Below, one piece after another: positions 1 to 4,853 of a DNA stretch of 5,738 bases. The notes under the pieces are model-generated. The model did no database searches. It saw only the letters and a list, made by a program, of their open reading frames with translations, and was not told the DNA's origin. A program made the translations under genes and the position numbers. This stretch comes from Fonticula alba ATCC 38817 (taxonomy: Eukaryota; Protista; Nucleariida). Position 1 is the stretch's first letter; each line of letters opens with the position of its first letter. Where the stretch lies: NCBI GenBank assembly GCA_000388065.2, contig KB932217.1; one strand, 5' to 3'.

Positions 1-31
1 GTGTCGTCTGTTGCCCGGGCGCGGACCGTCG

Positions 32-57
32 CCCCCCCCCCCCCCGGGGGGGGGGGG
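32..57. repeat. Abutting C14-G12 homopolymer palindrome
   Basis: C at 32-45 immediately followed by G at 46-57; run lengths may be imprecise in a draft assembly. Confidence 0.85.
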
Positions 58-860
58 CTGGGGGGGGACTGGGATGACGCCGGCCACCAGGCTGGGGTCA
101 CCGGGCTGGCGGAACCCTGCCGCGCTCGCGGGGGCCCGGGTCAAGAGCCAAGAAAGCGGCGGGCTGGGCGGGCGCGGGTTCCGAGGCGGCCTCCGGGCGC
201 GCGGGGAACATTCCGCCGGCCGTGCGTGCGGCGCGCGCAGGAGGCCCGCTCCGAACGGCGCGCGCGAGTGTTCCCGGAAGCCGGCGGCCATTTTCATGTG
301 GGCCGCGGCGCACACCACGCCGCCCGGCCCGGCACGGCACGGCACGGCCGACGAAGCTCCTGCCCGCACCATCCTCGGGAGGGGGGGGGGGGGGGGGCGC
401 AAGGGGGCCGACCCCCGGGCAAAAGTGGGCACGCGCGCTTGTTTACCACGTTGTGTGGCCCAGGCTCAAGCCGGCGGGCGAGCTTGCCCTGCCCACGCGT
501 CCTGTCCCCGGGCCGGGCCGGGCCGGGGGGGGCTTCTCTTGCCCTGCTCTCCTTGCCCCCTCGCCAGGGGCGGGCCGTCGAAGGCAGCGCACTCGGCCCG
601 CCGCCGGCCGGGCGGTGGATCCTTCCAGAGAGACTCGGGCGCCCGGGCGCGTCGAGGCCCTGGCGGCTGCCGCCCTGGCGCGCCGGGGCCACGATCTTTT
701 ATTTACCCGAGCCCCAGCGCGCCGCCACCGCCGCTGGAAGAACCCCAGTCAGACTGCGCGCACGCCCAGCAAAAAAACATTTATCTTCACGGGGCGCCCC
801 CCGGCGGCCGGGGCGGGGCCGCGCGAAAACAATACGCCGATCGGGGAGACAACATGCGAT

Positions 861-880
861 GCGCGCGCGCGCGCGCGCGC
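861..880. repeat. (GC)10 dinucleotide repeat
   Basis: Perfect self-complementary alternating repeat. Confidence 0.95.
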
Positions 881-1352
881 CGGATTCACGCTGCCCGGAG
901 CTGGCGACCGCTGGCGGCGGCGGCGGCGGGGGGCCCGGTCACCGCCGGCGCTGCGGCCCGGCACCGTGTGCCTTGCGCAGACCGGGGTGCCGTCCCCGGC
1001 CGGCGAGGGTTCCGGGGAGGGGGAGGGGGAACCACGCGCCGCGTCGGCCCCGTCCCCGTCCCCCCCCCCGGGCTCCGAGACGCCTCGGTGGGAAAAGAAA
1101 TAGCGAGCAAAGGGCAAAGAAGGCCCGGCCGGCCACCAGCCCAAGGGCCGGCCGGGGCCGGGCATGCACCAGCGTGCCGGCCGTTGTTTTTGTTTTTCCG
1201 CCCGGCCCTGCGCCGATTATTGTTTTTGTTGTTCCGCCCCCCCCCCCCCTCGGCCGGCCGGCCGCTTGTTGTTGTTGTTGTTCATGCCGGCTCGCACGCC
1301 AGCGCCGGCGGCGGTGATGCACCCCGGCGGCCGGGGCGCTGCCCGGGGGCAA

Positions 1353-1383
<31 letters not shown>
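1353..1383 (+). repeat. (TGT)10 microsatellite
   Basis: Perfect trinucleotide repeat; a second (TTG)5TT copy lies at 1266-1282. Confidence 0.95.
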
Positions 1384-1560
1384 ATTGCGCCGGGATGGCC
1401 AAGGACGCGACCGGGGCCCTCGCGCCGCATCGCCCCCCCCCCCTCACCGGAGGGGGGGGAAAGGTGCGCGCCCCGGAGCGAGCACCCCGATCATCATTGA
1501 CGGCGAGCCCGGGGCACGGTGACACACCGCCCCCCGGCGACGCCCTGTCCCCCCGGCCCC

Positions 1561-1581
1561 GGCGGCGGCGGCGGCGGCGGC
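1561..1581 (+). repeat. (GGC)7 trinucleotide repeat
   Basis: Perfect repeat; (GGC)5 also at 913-927. Other short repeats are (GGCAC)3 at 331-345 and (CCGGG)4 at 508-527. Confidence 0.9.
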
Positions 1582-1821
1582 CCAGGGAGGGCCGATCGGC
1601 CCTGGCCCCCCCTCCCCGCCCCCGCCCGTGGGTGGCGGCCGCGTATTGGACGCCTCCGGCGCCGGCCCCTCCCGGCCCCCCTTGGGAGGGGGAGTTGGGG
1701 CGCTGGCGACGGGCGTTTTGTTCCCGGGGCCGGGCTGGGCTCCGAGCTCCCTCAGCAGGGGCCGCTGCCGGCCGCCCGTCCGCAACACAGAGAGTGGTCC
1801 AGGAGACACGCCCCCCCCCCC

Positions 1822-2396
1822 NNNNNNNNNNNNNNNNNNNNNNNNNNNNNNNNNNNNNNNNNNNNNNNNNNNNNNNNNNNNNNNNNNNNNNNNNNNNNNN
1901 NNNNNNNNNNNNNNNNNNNNNNNNNNNNNNNNNNNNNNNNNNNNNNNNNNNNNNNNNNNNNNNNNNNNNNNNNNNNNNNNNNNNNNNNNNNNNNNNNNNN
2001 NNNNNNNNNNNNNNNNNNNNNNNNNNNNNNNNNNNNNNNNNNNNNNNNNNNNNNNNNNNNNNNNNNNNNNNNNNNNNNNNNNNNNNNNNNNNNNNNNNNN
2101 NNNNNNNNNNNNNNNNNNNNNNNNNNNNNNNNNNNNNNNNNNNNNNNNNNNNNNNNNNNNNNNNNNNNNNNNNNNNNNNNNNNNNNNNNNNNNNNNNNNN
2201 NNNNNNNNNNNNNNNNNNNNNNNNNNNNNNNNNNNNNNNNNNNNNNNNNNNNNNNNNNNNNNNNNNNNNNNNNNNNNNNNNNNNNNNNNNNNNNNNNNNN
2301 NNNNNNNNNNNNNNNNNNNNNNNNNNNNNNNNNNNNNNNNNNNNNNNNNNNNNNNNNNNNNNNNNNNNNNNNNNNNNNNNNNNNNNNNNNNNNNNN
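1822..2396. other. Assembly gap, 575 N
   Basis: Run of N starting directly after a C11 homopolymer (1811-1821). Confidence 1.
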
Positions 2397-2456
2397 TTTG
2401 TGCATGTGCCAGAAAAAGGATGCCCCCCCTGCCCCACCCACAGCCGACCAGGCAGC

Positions 2457-2462
2457 ACGTAC
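2457..2462 (-). other. 5' splice donor GTACGT after the ABCF exon
   Basis: Near-consensus donor located where ABCF similarity stops (SALPR, expected to continue as ARRILAGLGF-like), followed by GGG-rich sequence. Confidence 0.85.
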
Positions 2463-2941
2463 CGCGGCAGCGCGCTGTCCGCCTCGATGAAGATCAGACG
2501 CTCATACACCTTGTTCAGGCGCTCGGTCTCCTCCATGGTCGGCTCGTCGATGGCCAGCAGGCGATCACGCTCGGCCAGCAGGCGCGTGCGCATCTCGTCA
2601 CTGTTGATGACGGTCTGCAGGGCCGACACATCGTTGGCCGGGGCCTCCTGCTGCACGATGTGAATGTCGATGTGCCGCGGCACCCGGAACTGCCCATCCC
2701 GCGCCACAATGTGATTCAGCAGCGTCGACTTGCCGGTGCCATTGTACCCGACCAGGCCGTACCGCCGGCCGTGGCTCAGGTTCAGGTTCGAGTCCTTGAA
2801 CAGCGTCTTGCCGCCCATATGAATGGAGAAGTTGTGCACATTGATGTTGTCATCGGTCGGCATGCTGACATCGTCATACTCATCCTCGCCGAGGAGGTCC
2901 TCCTGCTTGCGCTCCCCTCCCGCCACCACGGGGGGCCCATC
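2463..2941 (-). CDS. ABCF1: Internal exon of an ABCF-family ATPase (ABCF1/ABC50-like), N-terminal half of NBD1 plus arm region; partial
   Basis: Translation DGPPVVAGGERKQEDLLGEDEYDDVSMPTDDNINVHNFSIHMGGKTLFKDSNLNLSHGRRYGLVGYNGTGKSTLLNHIVAR...HIDIHIVQQEA...ERLNKVYERLIFIEADSALPR. It has the ABCF hallmark GRRYGLVGxNGxGK(S/T)TLL with Walker A GYNGTGKST (2749-2723), Q-loop VQQE and a helical arm. FSI..GK.LF, TLLNHI and ERLxKVYE look closest to ABCF1 (comparison from memory, not an alignment). Bounded by acceptor TACAG| (AG 2943-2942, phase 0) and donor |GTACGT (2462-2457, phase 2); 479 nt = 159 codons + 2. Family is high confidence, subfamily moderate. Confidence 0.92.
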
Positions 2942-2978
2942 CTGTACCGGAGGAGCCCGATCGCGCCGCGGAAGAAGG

Positions 2979-2980
<2 letters not shown>
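2942..2980 (-). other. 3' splice acceptor region of the ABCF exon
   Basis: Minus strand GCCCTTCTTCCGCGGCGCGATCGGGCTCCTCCGGTACAG|GAT: pyrimidine-enriched, ends in YAG, preceded by (TG)16. A weaker same-phase alternative is AAGCAG|GAG (AG 2904-2903). No clear branch consensus. Confidence 0.65.

Positions 2981-2981
<1 letters not shown>

Positions 2982-3014
<33 letters not shown>
2982..3014 (+). repeat. (CA)16 microsatellite, (UG)16 on the minus-strand transcript
   Basis: Perfect CA repeat of 33 nt, read directly. Confidence 0.97.
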
Positions 3015-3016
<2 letters not shown>

Positions 3017-3846
3017 GCCCGGCCCAGACATACGGCCTCCCCCTGCCCTCGCCGGCCGCGCGCTGGCTCGCCCGCCCGCCCCGCGGGGCTGCGCGCCCGT
3101 CTCCTTCCCCCCCGGCGGAGGCCGTTTTTCACGCCGCACGTCGCTCCCCCCCCCCCGTCGCACCCACCCGCGCCTGCCGCCGAGCCGGACACGCCCGGGT
3201 CGCACCTTTTCCCCCACGCGCCCCCCGCCCCCCATAAACAACAGCGGCCCACCTGGGTAGAGGCGTGCACGCTTGCGCCCATGCGCCCCGCCCGGCCCAG
3301 AGGAGGGGGGTGCAGGGGCGGCGGTCGGGGAGGGGGCCGGGAGAAGCCCGCACGCAATCAGGCCATCCTCGGAATAATCCCCCCCCCCCCCCTGCACTCC
3401 ACACGGTGCAGCCCAAACCGGAGCCCCCGCGACGGACGCACCAACCGCCGGGCGGGTTGACCCCAGCCCGGATTCCCCCCGCCGCGCGCCAGCGGCCGCC
3501 CTGGGTTCTCCGCGTCCCGGGCCGGCGCCCATCCGGCCGCCCGGGAGGGGTCTCGACTATATTCTCCCCTGGGGCCCCCCCGTCCCGTCAGACTCCAACC
3601 CTCGGCTCAGCGGCATATGGCCTGGCTCTGGCCGGTCCCCCCCCCCCGCCCGGCTGCCCGGCCAGGCCAGGGTGGATGGCGGTGGAGGGACCCCCGAGGC
3701 GGCGCCATGCGGGTCGAAACGTGCAGCCACTGTGTTTGCGGAGCCTCGGCCGCGGGGCCCTCTTAAATGCGTCACATGCCCGTGCCCAGATCACCCGGGG
3801 CGGCGAGTTAAGCGCCCGCATAAGCTCCGGGCGAGGGCGCGTCCAG

Positions 3847-3865
3847 TTTATAGACGCCCCATTGG
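3847..3865 (-). promoter_or_regulatory. CCAAT / GGGGCG / TATAAA cluster, possible internal promoter
   Basis: Minus strand CCAATGGGGCGTCTATAAA: CCAAT 3865-3861, TATAAA 3852-3847. Motif match only; CCAAT-TATA spacing is shorter than usual. Confidence 0.2.
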
Positions 3866-3917
3866 TCCCCTGCCACTCGCAGGCGTATCTGCCCCCTCCC
3901 TCCCGCACCCTGCCCAC

Positions 3918-3973
3918 CTGGCGGGTGCAAGGCCCGGTGCCCGTCCCCCCTCGAGGCCCGGCTATCCTCCGGC
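3918..3973 (-). other. Candidate 56-nt cassette or terminal exon
   Basis: Minus strand TTTGCTTTATTTTTTCTTGCTCCCCCCTACCCAG|GCCGGAGGATAG...CACCCGCCAG|GTGGGCAGGG. This is the strongest polypyrimidine/YAG acceptor between the two exons, paired with a plausible donor. Read in phase 0 it gives GCC GGA GGA TAG (stop 3964-3962). Confidence 0.3.
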
Positions 3974-4032
3974 CTGGGTAGGGGGGAGCAAGAAAAAATA
4001 AAGCAAACACCAACCACAAACGCCAGGAAACA

Positions 4033-4116
4033 GACGAGCAGACAAGCGGACAAGCAGACAAGCGGACAAGCGGACAAGCAGATAAGCAAACAACATGACA
4101 AGCAGACAGGCAGACA
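4033..4116 (+). repeat. Degenerate 8-bp tandem repeat, consensus GACAAGC(A/G), about 10.5 copies, truncated by the gap
   Basis: GACGAGCA GACAAGCG GACAAGCA GACAAGCG GACAAGCG GACAAGCA GATAAGCA AACAACAT GACAAGCA GACAGGCA GACA. A loosely similar stretch (GGACGGCAGACGGACAG) lies at about 4704-4720. Confidence 0.92.
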
Positions 4117-4126
4117 NNNNNNNNNN
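4117..4126. other. Assembly gap, 10 N (true size unknown)
   Basis: Run of N between the 8-mer tandem repeat and a C10 run. Confidence 1.
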
Positions 4127-4726
4127 CCCCCCCCCCGGCAGGAGGGCAACCCGTTCAGCGGAGGCCCCGGGGCCGCACGGCCCCATGCGGTCGTGGCGCG
4201 GCGGCGGCGGTGGCAACGGCGCCCGGCCGCCCGCCGGGGTGTCGGCCCACCGCGCCGGCCCGCGCCAACGCCGATGGCAACAGCCCGGACATTTGACCCC
4301 GGCCGGCCCCCCCTCGGCCGCGGCCGCCCTCCCGCATTCCCTCCGAGCCCGGGCGCCGGCGCTCAGGGGCCCCCGGCCGGACACACATTCCACCCCCACC
4401 AGGCCCGGTCTCCGCCGGCCGAACTGGGGCGGGGCTTCGGTCCCAGAGCCGGGCCCCAAGCCCGCCGGCCTTCTCCCCGCCCCTGCTGGCGGCAAGCGGT
4501 CGCCCCTTCACGAGGGCAGGGGCGGCCGCAATGCACGCGCCGATCGCCCCGGCCAGGCGGGGCGGGGCGGGGGGGGGGGCGGCCGCGGCCGCGCGTGGGC
4601 GCCCGCTCGCGCCCGCCCGCGCGATGGCTCAGCTTTGATCGAGAAAACCCCGAAGTAAACACCCCCCCCCTGCCGCCACCGCGCCAACCCCCCCCCTTGT
4701 CCCGGACGGCAGACGGACAGAGCATC

Positions 4727-4736
4727 NNNNNNNNNN
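4727..4736. other. Assembly gap, 10 N (true size unknown)
   Basis: Run of N. Confidence 1.
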
Positions 4737-4847
4737 AGGCGCGTGGGGGGAAGTACACGGTCAGAAAGCAAAGCGGCCACAGGAAGACAGGAGAAAAAAA
4801 AAGCCCGCAAACGGATCGCCCCCCCCCCCCCGCCATAACCAAGCCAC

Positions 4848-4853
4848 ACATAC
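4848..4853 (-). other. 5' splice donor GTATGT after the large exon
   Basis: Consensus GTATGT where coding-like composition ends; a G13 run follows at 4831-4819. Confidence 0.8.

Larger units (their letters stand above)
2942..4853 (-). other. Putative intron(s) joining the two exons (1912 nt as assembled), or intron plus intergenic spacer
   Basis: Starts GT, ends AG, both phase 0, with no protein-like ORF inside. It contains two 10-N gaps and additional splice-site-like motifs, so it may be split by small exons. Confidence 0.5.

Noticed and set aside
533-567. Plus-strand polypyrimidine tract ending in CAG
   Set aside because: No protein-like exon or convincing donor follows, and pyrimidine tracts occur on both strands here.
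810-819. GGGGCGGGGC Sp1-type boxes (also 4426-4435 and 4559-4568)
   Set aside because: Expected by chance at this base composition.
1491-1497. snoRNA C-box ATGATGA on the minus strand
   Set aside because: No D box (CTGA) within snoRNA distance and no terminal stem.
1-1522. Long plus-strand ORFs of 438, 503 and 293 aa
   Set aside because: They are G/P/R/A-dominated, run through homopolymers and microsatellites, have no motifs and overlap in all frames. Long stop-free stretches are expected at about 80% GC.
2772-2795. Pol III A-box-like TGGCTCAGG and B-box GGTTCGAGTCC, suggesting a tRNA or SINE
   Set aside because: The boxes are only 4 nt apart with no cloverleaf, and they are the antisense of codons for KDSNLNLSH in the ABCF exon.
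2463-2941. Bacterial ABC-F antibiotic-resistance gene or membrane ABC transporter
   Set aside because: The gene is interrupted by spliceosomal introns, shows eukaryotic ABCF motifs (GRRYGLVG, ERLxKVYE) and has no transmembrane segments.
1382-3532. 716-aa minus ORF as a single CDS
   Set aside because: Only 2941-2463 is ABCF-like; the flanks translate a (TG)16 repeat, poly-G and the N gap, and splice sites bound the real segment.
4033-4116. Possible CRISPR-like array
   Set aside because: Units are 8 bp and contiguous with no unique spacers, in a eukaryotic context without cas genes.
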